Source: a virus (taxonomy: Duplodnaviria; Heunggongvirae; Uroviricota; Caudoviricetes). From it: DNA of 42,037 nucleotides. How positions within the stretch are numbered: position 1 is the stretch's first letter; the number at the start of each line of letters is the position of its first letter. Shown piece after piece: positions 1 through 10,621 of the stretch. The notes under the pieces are model-generated. The model was not told where the DNA came from. It was given only the letters and a program-made list of their open reading frames with translations, and did not search any database. The DNA lies in the IMG/VR virus record IMGVR_UViG_2721755721_000007, one strand, 5' to 3'. A program made the position numbers and the translations under genes.

Positions 1-585
1 CTATTCGATAATGGGTACTGTTGGCCATTCAATATCCGGTGCAGTTGTTGTATTAACACGGTTCAGCAACACCCGATACTTTTTCCAGGCTTCCAGCAAC
101 AAGGTTTCTTCCTCCGTTGCGATTTCCAGATCTACAGCATCCTGAAGTGGCGCAATATGCTCACTGGCTACCTGCATCAGGCTGTTTTTTGTTTCTTCTG
201 CCTCCCGGATCCGGAACAGTTTTTCTGCTTCCGTATCCTTCACCCAGGCTGTGCCGTTCCACTTCTGATATTCCCCTCCCGGCGACAACCAGGTAACATT
301 TTCCGGTAACGGACCGAGTTCAGAAATAAATAACGCGTCGCCGGAAGCCACGTCATAAACCGTTTTACCCCGATGGTCTTCAACGAGATGCCACGATGCC
401 TTATCACTGTTGAAAACAGCCACGAAGCCTGCCGGAATATCTGGTGGTGCAATATCGGTACTGTTTGCTGGCAGACCTGTATGAGGCGGAATATATGCGT
501 CACCTTCACCAATAAATTCATTAGTTCCGGCCAGCAGATTATAAATTTTTATGGTCCGTGCTTGTTCACTCATTCTGAATGCCAT
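1..585 (-). CDS. tfa: Tail fibre assembly protein Tfa (194 aa, complete)
   Basis: Protein is near-identical to lambda Tfa as I remember it (MAFRMSEQ...); stop codon at window position 1-3. Not database-verified. Confidence 0.9.
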   Translation of the reverse strand: MAFRMSEQARTIKIYNLLAGTNEFIGEGDAYIPPHTGLPANSTDIAPPDIPAGFVAVFNSDKASWHLVEDHRGKTVYDVASGDALFISELGPLPENVTWLSPGGEYQKWNGTAWVKDTEAEKLFRIREAEETKNSLMQVASEHIAPLQDAVDLEIATEEETLLLEAWKKYRVLLNRVNTTTAPDIEWPTVPIIE

Positions 586-3500
586 TATGCAAGCCTCACA
601 ATATAGTTAAATGCGATGTTTTTGACGGTGTTTTCCGCGTTACCCGCAGCGTTAACGGTGATGGTGTGTCCATGTGAGCCAATCGCAACGGAGTGCGTAT
701 GAGCACCAATACCGACAGTATGTGCATGTGCGCCTGCGCTTGCAGCAGTGCCGGACAGCGAGTGGGTATGAGCACCATCTGATGATGTCTTCCCTGCATT
801 ACGAGTCTGGCCACTACCGCTTGTTGTGCTCATAATCCCCGCGCTTGGATTTGAAATCGCGGTATAACCATTAGGGAAAATGCTCGTGTTCGTGCCACCA
901 AATGCACCGGAACTCTTGTGTTGGTGCGCGCCGGCACTATTTGCGGTCCCGCTAATACTATGGGTATGCGCCCCGGTGTTATTCGTGGATTTAGTGCCGT
1001 AATCAAACGACGATGTGGTTTTCGTCCCCAAATCAGTACTGGATGCGCTGGCGCTGTGGGTATGCGATTTTATGCCGTCCTGTTCCTGAGACAATACGGC
1101 ACGACCACTGGCGGGCTTGCCCTTAATCGTCCAGCCACGCATATCAGGGATCACGCCTGACGGATAAGCGGCTGCAAGTTTCGGGTAGGCAGATTTGTCA
1201 AAAGTCTGCCCCTGCATCAGGGCATAACCAGACGGAACGGTATCTGATGGCCACGGGATTGGTGCGCCGACTGGGTAGCTTTCTGGTGGAAGATTTTTCG
1301 AGGTATAAACTTCTGCCCAGTCTTCCTCAAAACCATAACCGTCTCTTGAAGAACGGTAGAACAGACCACCATTTCTGTAATGCGCCTTCATCTGCAGGGT
1401 CCGGCAACTTCCGACTCCGGTATAGAAGTTAACCAGAATATAGCTGTCGCCAGAGCGGGTGACATTGTAAGCGCCTGATTCGGCATTCCAGGGAACGCCC
1501 CCATCCGCATCGGCATACGTATCCGTTGCTCTTCTGGCAAAAGCAGCAACATGCGCAGCGGTTAAAGTGATATCAGTAGAACCATCAAACGAAACACCAG
1601 ATATTTTTATTGCTGTCTGAAGTTTCGTAGCTGTATCAGAATTTCCCTTAATCCCCTTAGGCGAATTAAGTGGTGTATTGATCGTCACTTCACCTGTTGC
1701 GTTATTTACAGCAAATGGTCGAAGACCGTTCCAGCCACCGTACTGGTCGCCTTTATCAGTCATGAGCAAGTAAGTATTTGCTCCATCATTTCGCCATATG
1801 ACACCGTAATCGCCTGCAATCATCCTTAACGCGTTCTGACTACGGACAATAACTTCATCATTAGCGTAAATCTTATTCCCGCTAATATCTGACTTACTCA
1901 AAACAGGATACGAACTATAAAATCCATTACCTTGTTTAAAATCTAAAATTAAATTTACAGCAACTGATTCAGAATAAGGATCAGTTGCACCAAATTTATA
2001 AGTTGTTTCAGCAACAACATAATCAGAAGCAGGTGCAGTAACGGAGAGTCCTTCTTCTAAAAAAACCTCTACGGGAAATGCCCCACCTTCTATATAGAAT
2101 ACGCTGTCTACGGTATCGCCTTTATTACTCATCAGAATGGAATGAATAGCGCGTTCCGATGATGAATAAGCCCAGAACATACCACAGGCATAGCTACCCC
2201 GGTCCGTCCAGCCGCCTGCGCAAACAAAACCATTAAACTCACAGTTATTCATTCTGTGATTAGCTGTGCGACTTGGCGTTGAAATGACAACGCGGGATGC
2301 TCGATGGCTGTCATTCCTTTTTATCACTAACGGATAATATTTACCTTCCAGGACACCCGCCGGGGCATTTACCACAACGTATCGCATCCCCTTTTTCTGA
2401 TCCACTTCACCTTTGCTGTAAACATTAATGTTACTCAGGAAGCGGTCCTTGTCGGGAATATCAGCACCGTTCTGGTCTTTCTGCAGACGTTTCTCTGCAT
2501 TGTCATAGGCTGCTTTTACTGCCTTTGGCGTTGCCGCCAGCGTTTCAGACGTGCTGTTGGTCGCACTGCTGAGCTGTACTACCCCCTTTTTCGTCGTGCT
2601 CGCATCCTCAAGCGCCACGGCGGATGCAATATCCTCTGCACGTTTTGCCGCTGTCTCAGCGCGCGTTGCCGCGGATTCCGCCGTACTTTTGCTCTGTGCT
2701 GCCGCCGTCGCACTGCCAGCTGCCTCTGTCGCCTTCGTGGATGCTGTCGTGGCGCTGCCCTTCGCTGCTGACGCCTGTCTGGTCGCCTCATCTTTTAAAG
2801 CAGACGCCGATGATGCCGATGACGCCGCCGAACTGGCTGACGATGCGGCAGCCGTTTTTGAGGATTCTGCACGGGTTTCCGACGCTTTCGCGTTCGTTTC
2901 GGATGTCTTCGCTGCGGAAGCTGACCTCGCTGCTGCGCTGGCCTGTTCAGTGGCTTCGCCAGCCTTCGTTGTGGCTGTTGAAGCAGACGATGCGGCACTT
3001 TCTGCCGACTTTCCGGCAGCGGTGGCACTGGCTGAGGCCTGCCCGGCACTTGTTGATGCGGCACTGGCAGATGATGCAGCCGCTGTTTTTGAGCCTGCCG
3101 CAGCTGAGGCACTCTGTCCCGCTGCCGTTTCAGAAGACCTGGCGTTCGTCTCGGACGTTTTTGCCGCCTTCGCGGAATTTCCTGCCGCCGTTGCCGAGGA
3201 AGCGGCACTACTGGCGCTCGAGGATGCGTTCGTTTCTGATGATTTTGCCGCCTCTTTTGAAGCCGCCGCATCCCGGGCTGAGGTGGCAGCTTCTGACGCT
3301 TTCGTGGTCGCGGTGGATGCAGAAGTGGCTGCTGATTGTTGTGACGCTGCAGCATTCGTTTCTGACGTTTTCGCGGCACTGGCACTGGTAGCTGCCGCGC
3401 TTTTTGAGGACTCTGCAGCGGCAGCACTTTTTGATGCTTCAGTGGCCTTTGTTGATGCCGTTCCTGCGCTGGAAGTCGCTGACTGAGCCGACGACGCGGC

Positions 3501-3989
3501 CTGTCCGGCTGACGTGCTGGCTGCGCGTGCTGAGCCTGCAGCATCAGTCGCATGGGTTGCCGCCTCACGGGCTGATGTGCTGGCATCACTGGCTGACTTC
3601 TTCGCGGCTGCCGTGTTCTGTGCCACCGCGGACGCGTTACGCGCCACCTCTTCCACCATCAGTTCAAAACGGCGCAGTGCCTCAGGACGGGCATCATCCT
3701 CCGTCATGGCACCGAGAAAATCATTCAGCGTACCGGGTCGGGAATCTTCATACACGGTGATGGTCCCGGCATGTGACGGCGGGAATCCCTCCACCAACAG
3801 AATAACGCTGTACTGCCCGTACTCAACGTCCATGCTGTAACGCCCGGCTTCATCCGGATTTTCTGAGGCCAGCGTGTTCACCACCACCGTGGTGCTGTTA
3901 CGTTTTGCTTTCAGCTGGATTGTGCAGTTCTGTACCGGTTTTCCTGTGCCGTCTTTCAGTACACCTGAAATCTTTACTGCCATATTCAC
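585..3989 (-). CDS. stf: Side tail fibre protein Stf (1134 aa), with expanded Ala/Ser/Thr repeats and an extra central domain
   Basis: N-terminus [26 protein letters not shown] and C-terminus ...[27 protein letters not shown] match lambda Stf; longer than the lambda protein as I remember it. Confidence 0.9.
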   Translation of the reverse strand: MNMAVKISGVLKDGTGKPVQNCTIQLKAKRNSTTVVVNTLASENPDEAGRYSMDVEYGQYSVILLVEGFPPSHAGTITVYEDSRPGTLNDFLGAMTEDDARPEALRRFELMVEEVARNASAVAQNTAAAKKSASDASTSAREAATHATDAAGSARAASTSAGQAASSAQSATSSAGTASTKATEASKSAAAAESSKSAAATSASAAKTSETNAAASQQSAATSASTATTKASEAATSARDAAASKEAAKSSETNASSSASSAASSATAAGNSAKAAKTSETNARSSETAAGQSASAAAGSKTAAASSASAASTSAGQASASATAAGKSAESAASSASTATTKAGEATEQASAAARSASAAKTSETNAKASETRAESSKTAAASSASSAASSASSASALKDEATRQASAAKGSATTASTKATEAAGSATAAAQSKSTAESAATRAETAAKRAEDIASAVALEDASTTKKGVVQLSSATNSTSETLAATPKAVKAAYDNAEKRLQKDQNGADIPDKDRFLSNINVYSKGEVDQKKGMRYVVVNAPAGVLEGKYYPLVIKRNDSHRASRVVISTPSRTANHRMNNCEFNGFVCAGGWTDRGSYACGMFWAYSSSERAIHSILMSNKGDTVDSVFYIEGGAFPVEVFLEEGLSVTAPASDYVVAETTYKFGATDPYSESVAVNLILDFKQGNGFYSSYPVLSKSDISGNKIYANDEVIVRSQNALRMIAGDYGVIWRNDGANTYLLMTDKGDQYGGWNGLRPFAVNNATGEVTINTPLNSPKGIKGNSDTATKLQTAIKISGVSFDGSTDITLTAAHVAAFARRATDTYADADGGVPWNAESGAYNVTRSGDSYILVNFYTGVGSCRTLQMKAHYRNGGLFYRSSRDGYGFEEDWAEVYTSKNLPPESYPVGAPIPWPSDTVPSGYALMQGQTFDKSAYPKLAAAYPSGVIPDMRGWTIKGKPASGRAVLSQEQDGIKSHTHSASASSTDLGTKTTSSFDYGTKSTNNTGAHTHSISGTANSAGAHQHKSSGAFGGTNTSIFPNGYTAISNPSAGIMSTTSGSGQTRNAGKTSSDGAHTHSLSGTAASAGAHAHTVGIGAHTHSVAIGSHGHTITVNAAGNAENTVKNIAFNYIVRLA

Positions 3990-3992
3990 CCC

Positions 3993-4020
3993 ACAAAAAA
4001 GCCCGCCTGAACCGGCGGGC
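3993..4020 (-). terminator. Intrinsic terminator downstream of lom
   Basis: On the minus strand: GCCCGCC-ggttca-GGCGGGC stem-loop followed by UUUUUU. Confidence 0.6.
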
Positions 4021-4047
4021 TGTCATAACACTGTGTTACCTGGCTAA

Positions 4048-4647
4048 TCAGAATTTATAACCGACACCCACGATGAAACCGTCAGTGCGCCAGTCACCAC
4101 TGCCGGAGCCTTCATAAGCAATATCAATGGCCACGGATTCGGTCGGGTTAAACTGCACGCCAGCCCCCCACGCCAGAGACGTGTTGCTGTGGCGACCGTC
4201 ATCACTTCCGGTCAGCACATCGTGCTTTTTCCCCTTGTTGTCAGTTACGCGGAGATAATCCCCGGAGAAAGTCGACACACGGCTGTAAGCCACACCCGCC
4301 ATCGCATACGCGCTGAACCATTCATTTACGCGCACAGACGGCCCCGCCATTACGCTGAACCAGCGGTTACGAACGGAATCTTCATGCCAGCGGGTATCGC
4401 TGTAACGGGTCAGCTGGCGATTCTTGTCTCCTGCATAGCTGAATGACGTCACCAGCCCCAGTGTGTCCGTAAACTCATAACGGTATTTCACGTTAATCCC
4501 GTTCAGATCATCACTGCCGGGGACGTTCGTCGAGGCATGAAGATACCCCGCGCTCAGCGTGGACTGATGTTCAGACGCCCATGCAGGCGCACCGGATACG
4601 GCCAGACAAATGGCTGCGGACAAAATTGCTGCACAAACTTTACGCAT
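4048..4647 (-). CDS. lom: Outer membrane protein Lom (Ail/Lom family), 199 aa
   Basis: Signal peptide plus beta-barrel protein ending in ...GVGYKF; matches lambda Lom from memory. Confidence 0.9.
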   Translation of the reverse strand: MRKVCAAILSAAICLAVSGAPAWASEHQSTLSAGYLHASTNVPGSDDLNGINVKYRYEFTDTLGLVTSFSYAGDKNRQLTRYSDTRWHEDSVRNRWFSVMAGPSVRVNEWFSAYAMAGVAYSRVSTFSGDYLRVTDNKGKKHDVLTGSDDGRHSNTSLAWGAGVQFNPTESVAIDIAYEGSGSGDWRTDGFIVGVGYKF

Positions 4648-4669
4648 AATTACCTCTCGCTTTTCTGCA

Positions 4670-4695
4670 ATAAAAAAGGCGTCATTCCTGACGCC
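4670..4695 (-). terminator. Intrinsic terminator downstream of J (tJ-like)
   Basis: Minus-strand hairpin GGCGUCA-ggaa-UGACGCC followed by UUUUUUAUU. Confidence 0.5.
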
Positions 4696-4717
4696 CTTTA
4701 TTGGGGTTATAAATATT

Positions 4718-7700
4718 TCAACGAATACTGATGCCGGAAGCGGCTTTTTTGGTCACAATCACCGTACAGTCGGTGATATTGCCTGCCCCCTGATTGCCTT
4801 TCTGGAAAATCTTAAACTCCAGAGTGACGCTTCCCCTGCCACTCGGCATATCAATAACTGCACTGTAACTACCGGGAATGGCCCCTTTAGTTTCTCTGGA
4901 TGCGATTAATACGCCGTTTTTGCGAACTTCAAAACCATAACCCGTGTATCGCGTGCCTCCTGGGTTATTTCCGCTCCCCGGATCGTCATACGCTATACCG
5001 TTAAAAATAATGGGCGGAATAATAATCTGGCGGTCAAAGTTATGATCATCGCTGATGGTGACTGTAACCGTACCGTTTGGTGTTTCCGTGTTACCCCACG
5101 TACCGACTTTTTTCGGGAAGGCTTTTGATACAGCTTTAACGAAATCTCCTCTGACCTGGGTCGCCTCCAGCATGCCCTTAATCGTACAGTTCTGGTTAAT
5201 CGTGACATTGTTGAGCGTTCCTGAGTTCGCATTCACACTGCCACTGATATCCGCATTTTTCGCCGTCAGTCTCCCGTCTGATGTCAGGGAAAATGCCGGA
5301 GGATTACCGCCGCTGGTAATGGTGGGGGCCGTCAGGCGTTTCAGGAACACTTCATTCATGAATATCTGATCGCCCTGACCAACAAACATCGGCTTTGTGT
5401 TGCCATTCGCAGGATTAATCATCGCAATCCTGTCTGCCGCCAGCAGCACCTGACTCTGCATGCCGTCGGGGGTGTTCTCAATACCGGCACCGATACCCGC
5501 AATATAAAGGCGTCCGTCCTGCATCTGCTGCAGCTTCACAGCCCACATGCTGTTCAGGTTATTATTTGTATCAACCTGAACTTTCTGTATCTGCTGGATC
5601 GCTGCACTCTGGTCTTCCAGTTTCTTATTGACGGTCTGTGTGATTTCATTGCTGACATCCGTAATGGACGTCCTGATTTCAGCCAGGTCAGGCGCAAGCT
5701 GACCGTTATCAATCTGCGTCCACAGCTCCTGAGCCAGATGGGTTTTCCCTATCTCGCCTTTGAAAAAATCCAGATAGCCGGATGCATCATCACTCGGCTG
5801 ACCAACAGCCTCCACGAATGCCGATTTGCCAACGGTGTTCACACTGCGGATATAAAAGTAATAATCATGGCCCGGTTTGATATTGATACTGGCGGCTATC
5901 CAGTACAGCGCCGTACCAAGATAGCGCGCTGTGGTTTCAACCTTCCTGATATCGGTAATCCGCTTTTCCGAGAACCAGAACTCAAACTGTACCGTCGGGT
6001 CATAAACGGCAAGATGCGGCGTGGCGGTTATCTGAAAATAGCCCGGCGTCAGCTCAATCCTCGACGGTGCTGCCGGTGCGGCAATCCGGAACGATACCGA
6101 CGCCGGATCGCCCTGCTGCCCCCACGCATTTACCGCCCGGACTGTCAGCCTGTAGTTCCCCAGCGCCAGTTGCCTGAAGCGGTATGTGGTTTCCGTCGTC
6201 CGGGCCGTGCTGACCAGCCGCTCACTGCCGTCGTCCGCTGTTACGGTCAGACGGAGCAGGAAGCTCACCCCCTTCACCACCTTCGGCGTGTCCCAGCGCG
6301 CCAGCACCTGATATTCCCCGCTGTCTGCGGTGACTTCGGCAGTCAGGTGCTGCACCGCTGGCGGCGTGACACCATTCACCGTGCCGCTCTGGTCGCCGTC
6401 AAAGTGCGCCCCGTTATCCACGATGGCCTCTTTTTCCGGTACATGCTGCACGGCGGTGATGGCATACGTGCCGTCATCGTTCTCACGGATACTCACGCAG
6501 CGGAACAGGCGCTGGCGCAGCGTCGGCAGCTTCAGCCCCCATACGCTGTATCCGGCAACGCCGTCAGGAACACGGCTCACTTTCACCTTCACGCCGTCGG
6601 TGACGGACTGGACCTCCACGCTGACCGGACTCCCCTGCCCGTCAACCAGGCTTATCAGCGTGGTACCGGAAGATGGCAGCGTGATTTCACGGTCGAGCGT
6701 CAGCGTCCGGGTCTGGCTGTTCACCGCCAGCACGCGCCCGCCGGTGCTGATACCGGCATAGTCATCATCGCAGATTTCAATGACATCGCCCGGTACATGG
6801 CGAAGCCCTTCGGCACCCACGCTGAAGTCCACGGTCTGCGTCTCCAGCAGCTCCGTTTTAATCAGCCACAGCCCGGCGCGGTGTGCCTGCCCCCGGCTGG
6901 TACAGCCAAAGGCATCCATCTTCGTGACGTTACGACCGTAACGGAGAATGGCCTGCGTGTCCTCCACAAGCTCTGTCGCCGTCTCCCAGCCGTTATCCGG
7001 GTCAATCCAGTTCACCTCAACGGCATTATGGCGGTCTTTCAGGGCGCTGAAACTGTAGCGGAACGGCGCGCCATCATCCGGCATCACCACATTACTGCGG
7101 TTATAGGTCCACACCTTATCCGACGGTCGGTCCTGCACGAACGTCAGCGTCTGCCCGTTCCATACCGGCATACAGCGCATCGCCGAGCAGAAATCGCTGA
7201 GCACATCCCACGCCTTACGCTGTGTGGTCAGCCAGGCATTACAGGTGATGCGCGGCTCCGTGCCGCCAAAGCCGTCCGGCACTGACTGGTCGCAGTACTG
7301 GCCGATAAGATACAGCGCCCATTTATCCACATCCACCGCACCAAGACGTTTCCCCATGCCGTAGCGCGGATGGGTCAGCATATCCCACAGACACCAGGCC
7401 GGGTTGTTGCTGTATGCCGGTTTAAACGTTCCGTCCCAGATACCGCTGTATTGCCGCGTCTGCGGGTTATAATTCGACGGCACCTGCAGAATACGCCCGC
7501 GCAGATGATAATTACGGCTCACCTGCTGGCTGCCGAACTGCTCCGAGTCCACCTGCACGCCGACCAGTGCCGTGTTCGGGTAGCACTGTTTCACATCGAT
7601 AATTTCGGTGTATGACGACCAGAGCGTTTTGTTCTGCAGCTGGTCTGTGGTGCTGTCCGGCGTCATCCTGCGCATCCGGATATTAAACGGGCGCGGCGGC

Positions 7701-8215
7701 AGGTTATCCACCACCACCGAGGCCAGATACTGTGAAGTGGTTTTACCCTTAATGGTGATGTCTTTTTCCGTCACCCAGCCACCGTTACGTTGTATCTGAA
7801 CCAGCAGGCGGACTTCCGATGGATTCCTGTCCCCCTTTGAGGTGGTTTCCACCAGTGCCTGCACGCCGAAAGTAAAACGCAGACGGTCAATGTTTGCCGA
7901 CGTGATGGTCCGGGTGATCGGCGTGTCATATTTCACTTCTGTACCGAGCACCGTCTCGGAGCCGGAGGATTCAAATCCCTCCGGCGGTGTCTGCTCCTGC
8001 TCACCGGCCCGGAACACCACCGTGACGCCGGATATATTGGTATTCCCCTCACTGTCCAGCACCGGCGTACTGTTCAGCAGCACGCTTTTTAATCCATCCA
8101 CCGGACCTTCAACCGGCCCTTCGCTGATGGCATCGATCACACTCAGCAGCTGCGTGGACTTCAGGTTATCTTTCGCTTCGCGCGGGGTATGCCCCTTACT
8201 GCTGCCTTTACCCAT
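4718..8215 (-). CDS. J: Tail tip / host-specificity protein J (1165 aa) with divergent C-terminal receptor-binding region
   Basis: First ~800 aa near-identical to lambda J ([20 protein letters not shown]...); a central segment and the last ~130 aa differ from lambda J as I recall it. Confidence 0.9.
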   Translation of the reverse strand: MGKGSSKGHTPREAKDNLKSTQLLSVIDAISEGPVEGPVDGLKSVLLNSTPVLDSEGNTNISGVTVVFRAGEQEQTPPEGFESSGSETVLGTEVKYDTPITRTITSANIDRLRFTFGVQALVETTSKGDRNPSEVRLLVQIQRNGGWVTEKDITIKGKTTSQYLASVVVDNLPPRPFNIRMRRMTPDSTTDQLQNKTLWSSYTEIIDVKQCYPNTALVGVQVDSEQFGSQQVSRNYHLRGRILQVPSNYNPQTRQYSGIWDGTFKPAYSNNPAWCLWDMLTHPRYGMGKRLGAVDVDKWALYLIGQYCDQSVPDGFGGTEPRITCNAWLTTQRKAWDVLSDFCSAMRCMPVWNGQTLTFVQDRPSDKVWTYNRSNVVMPDDGAPFRYSFSALKDRHNAVEVNWIDPDNGWETATELVEDTQAILRYGRNVTKMDAFGCTSRGQAHRAGLWLIKTELLETQTVDFSVGAEGLRHVPGDVIEICDDDYAGISTGGRVLAVNSQTRTLTLDREITLPSSGTTLISLVDGQGSPVSVEVQSVTDGVKVKVSRVPDGVAGYSVWGLKLPTLRQRLFRCVSIRENDDGTYAITAVQHVPEKEAIVDNGAHFDGDQSGTVNGVTPPAVQHLTAEVTADSGEYQVLARWDTPKVVKGVSFLLRLTVTADDGSERLVSTARTTETTYRFRQLALGNYRLTVRAVNAWGQQGDPASVSFRIAAPAAPSRIELTPGYFQITATPHLAVYDPTVQFEFWFSEKRITDIRKVETTARYLGTALYWIAASINIKPGHDYYFYIRSVNTVGKSAFVEAVGQPSDDASGYLDFFKGEIGKTHLAQELWTQIDNGQLAPDLAEIRTSITDVSNEITQTVNKKLEDQSAAIQQIQKVQVDTNNNLNSMWAVKLQQMQDGRLYIAGIGAGIENTPDGMQSQVLLAADRIAMINPANGNTKPMFVGQGDQIFMNEVFLKRLTAPTITSGGNPPAFSLTSDGRLTAKNADISGSVNANSGTLNNVTINQNCTIKGMLEATQVRGDFVKAVSKAFPKKVGTWGNTETPNGTVTVTISDDHNFDRQIIIPPIIFNGIAYDDPGSGNNPGGTRYTGYGFEVRKNGVLIASRETKGAIPGSYSAVIDMPSGRGSVTLEFKIFQKGNQGAGNITDCTVIVTKKAASGISIR

Positions 8216-8275
8216 TCGTCATGCTCCATAAACGATAAAACCGCCCGGAGGCGGTTTCACATAAAACATTTTGCA

Positions 8276-8947
8276 TCAGCGACCAATCACCACAACCTGA
8301 CCACCGTCCCCTTCGTCTGCCGTGCTGATCTCCTGAGAAACCACGCGTGACCCCACGCGCATTTCACCGTACAGAACCGGCAGAACATTGCCCTGGGCAA
8401 CCATGTTATCCAGTGAGGAGAAATAGGTGTTCTGTTTGCCGTTATCCGTTGTCTGTGTACGGGGAGTTCTGGCTTTCGGTGCCAGCATCTGCGCCACACC
8501 ACCGAGCACCATACTGGCACCGAGAGAAAACAGGATGCCGGTCATACCACCGGCCCCAATGGCTGCCCCCCATGCTGCAAGGGTGGCTCCGGCGGTAAAG
8601 AATGATCCGGCAATGGCGGCAGCCCCCAGGACAATCTGGAATACGCCACCTGACTTGGCCCCGGCGACTCTGGGAACAATATGAATCACAGCGCCATCAG
8701 GCAGAGTCTCATGTAACTGCGCCGTTAACCCGGACGTGCTGACGTCCCGCCCGGCAATCCGTACCTGATACCAGCCGTCGCTCAGTTTCTGACGAAACAC
8801 CGGGAGCTGTGTGGCCAGTGCGCGGATGGCTTCAGCCCCCGTTTTCACACGAAGGTCGATGCGGCGGCCAAATCGTTGCAAATCCCCGTAAAGGCAGATG
8901 CGCGCCATGCCCGGTGACGCCAGAGGGAGTGTGTGCGTCGCTGCCAT
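8276..8947 (-). CDS. I: Tail tip assembly protein I (223 aa)
   Basis: MAATHTLPLASPGMARICLYGDLQRFGRRIDLR... matches lambda gpI. Confidence 0.9.
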   Translation of the reverse strand: MAATHTLPLASPGMARICLYGDLQRFGRRIDLRVKTGAEAIRALATQLPVFRQKLSDGWYQVRIAGRDVSTSGLTAQLHETLPDGAVIHIVPRVAGAKSGGVFQIVLGAAAIAGSFFTAGATLAAWGAAIGAGGMTGILFSLGASMVLGGVAQMLAPKARTPRTQTTDNGKQNTYFSSLDNMVAQGNVLPVLYGEMRVGSRVVSQEISTADEGDGGQVVVIGR

Positions 8948-9588
8948 TTGTCGGTATACCTCTCTCGTTTGCTCAGTTGTTCAGGAATATGGTGCAGCAG
9001 CTCGCCATCACCACAGTAAATGGCGGCATGATTCGGCACCGATGAACCAAAACAGCACAGCAGCACATCGCCCGGTTGTGCTGATGACAGCGGCACCTGA
9101 TACAGCCCTGTGGCCTCCAGATTATCCAGATAGAGATTCTGACCGTGACGCCACCAGTCATCCCCGCGATGAAAATCCGGCATCTCAATCCCCGCCAGAT
9201 GATAAGCATCCCGGAACAGCGTGTAACAGTCCGTCACCCCGTGCTCAAAGCGCCGCCCGGTGAGATGCGGCACACAGCGGAACTTATGAATCGCCCCCCG
9301 GCAGACCAGCAACCACGGCAAATCACTCTGCACCTGCAGCCGCCGGTCGGCCTCACTCAGCCAGGGCAGACCACCGGGGTGGCTGTGGACCAGCGCCACA
9401 ATCTCACCCTGCATCTCTGCCCGCAGCCAGTCCTCCGGCGACATCCGGAAATACTCCTCCGGCTCACCAGAGATATTCACGCAGGGAAAATATCTTTCCC
9501 CTTCCGGCGTTCTCACCACGAAGCCGCACGACTCCGCTGGCGCACATCGCCGGGCGTGCGCCAGAATCGCTGATTCTGTCTGTGTCAT
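8845..9588 (-). CDS. K: Tail tip assembly protein K
   Basis: MTQTESAILAHARRCAPAESCGFVV... matches lambda gpK. Start is uncertain: an internal Met (codon 49) would give the 199-aa form. The 3' end overlaps I in another frame. Confidence 0.85.
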   Translation of the reverse strand: MTQTESAILAHARRCAPAESCGFVVRTPEGERYFPCVNISGEPEEYFRMSPEDWLRAEMQGEIVALVHSHPGGLPWLSEADRRLQVQSDLPWLLVCRGAIHKFRCVPHLTGRRFEHGVTDCYTLFRDAYHLAGIEMPDFHRGDDWWRHGQNLYLDNLEATGLYQVPLSSAQPGDVLLCCFGSSVPNHAAIYCGDGELLHHIPEQLSKRERYTDKWQRRTHSLWRHRAWRASAFTGICNDLAAASTFV

Positions 9589-9593
9589 GGGAT

Positions 9594-10292
9594 TTACTGC
9601 GAAAGTTTGTTAATGGAAAGGAAGCCGCCAAAGTTGCCGACGTTATTGCGAAACTTACAACCGCTCAGGCATTTGCTGCATTTATCCTTCGTGATATCGG
9701 ACGTTGGCTGGTCATATTCATCCGCGACAGCCGGACCGCTATAACCGCACTCGTCACCGCGATAGGTCCAGGTGCAGGTGTTGGCCAGCATGATACGTCC
9801 CGGAAAAACAGCGCCATCCGTTTCCGTCGGCGTGGACAGTACAAAGGAGGCACTCACCGCGCTCAGTTCGCTGCACTGCTCAATGCGCCAGCGGCTGATC
9901 ACCTCCTGCTCCGGATCGGCGTAACTGTTTCCGTTGACGAAGTTCACCGCATCCAGAAAACGGGCGTAAACCTTACGCCGGACCACCGTTCCGCCGACCA
10001 GACTCTGCATATCTTCCGCCATCCCGGTGACCATACCGTACAGGTTAGAAACCGTCAGCGTGGGGCGCGTACTGGTGCCTTTGCCATTCAGTTCAAAACC
10101 GCTCCCCTGAATGGGATACGGCTGATACTGTCGCCCCTGCCAGGTGACCGGCTCACCTTTTTCGTTCTGCTCATTACAGAAAAAATAACGTTCTCCACCG
10201 ACCTCTGTCAGGTCGATTTCCCAGAGCACCACGCTGGCCGACTGCTCCGCACGGGTGCATTCATTCAGTGTTTCCTGCCGGATATCCTGCAT
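9594..10292 (-). CDS. L: Tail tip complex protein L (232 aa)
   Basis: MQDIRQETLNECTRAEQSASVVLWEIDLTEVGGERYFFCNEQNEKGEPVTWQGRQYQPYPIQG... matches lambda gpL. Confidence 0.9.
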   Translation of the reverse strand: MQDIRQETLNECTRAEQSASVVLWEIDLTEVGGERYFFCNEQNEKGEPVTWQGRQYQPYPIQGSGFELNGKGTSTRPTLTVSNLYGMVTGMAEDMQSLVGGTVVRRKVYARFLDAVNFVNGNSYADPEQEVISRWRIEQCSELSAVSASFVLSTPTETDGAVFPGRIMLANTCTWTYRGDECGYSGPAVADEYDQPTSDITKDKCSKCLSGCKFRNNVGNFGGFLSINKLSQ

Positions 10293-10621
10293 CAGTTCAC
10301 CACCTGTTCAAACTCTGCGCTGAACTCAACACGCAACATACTGACCCGCGACGACCATTTTGCGCAGGTCACCTTTATCTGCCGCCACTCATAAGGCGGC
10401 GTCCACAGAAAGGATTTCCAGCCCCCGTGCTCTTCCAGAAACGACTCCAGTACCGTGGCCTCCTCACGGGGGACAGAAAGCGTCACGCTGTACGTTTTCA
10501 GGTTGGCATTCAGCCCGGCAGGCGCTCGCTGAGAATAGCCATCACCAAAGCGCACCTTTCTTACAGAAGGGACCGAAGCCACATCCATACCGGGTTTCAC
10601 TTTCCAGCGGAAGGTCTTCAT
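10292..10621 (-). CDS. M: Tail tip complex protein M (109 aa)
   Basis: MKTFRWKVKPGMDVASVPSVRKVRFGDGYSQRA... matches lambda gpM. Confidence 0.9.
   Translation of the reverse strand: MKTFRWKVKPGMDVASVPSVRKVRFGDGYSQRAPAGLNANLKTYSVTLSVPREEATVLESFLEEHGGWKSFLWTPPYEWRQIKVTCAKWSSRVSMLRVEFSAEFEQVVN

Noticed and set aside
2551-3589. Several long ORFs (311, 255, 264 aa) on both strands inside stf
   Set aside because: Low-complexity shadow frames produced by the GC-rich Ala/Ser/Thr repeat region of the tail fibre gene.
5738-7285. 515-aa ORF on the plus strand
   Set aside because: Lies entirely antisense to the lambda-identical J gene; Arg/Pro-rich shadow ORF with no start context.
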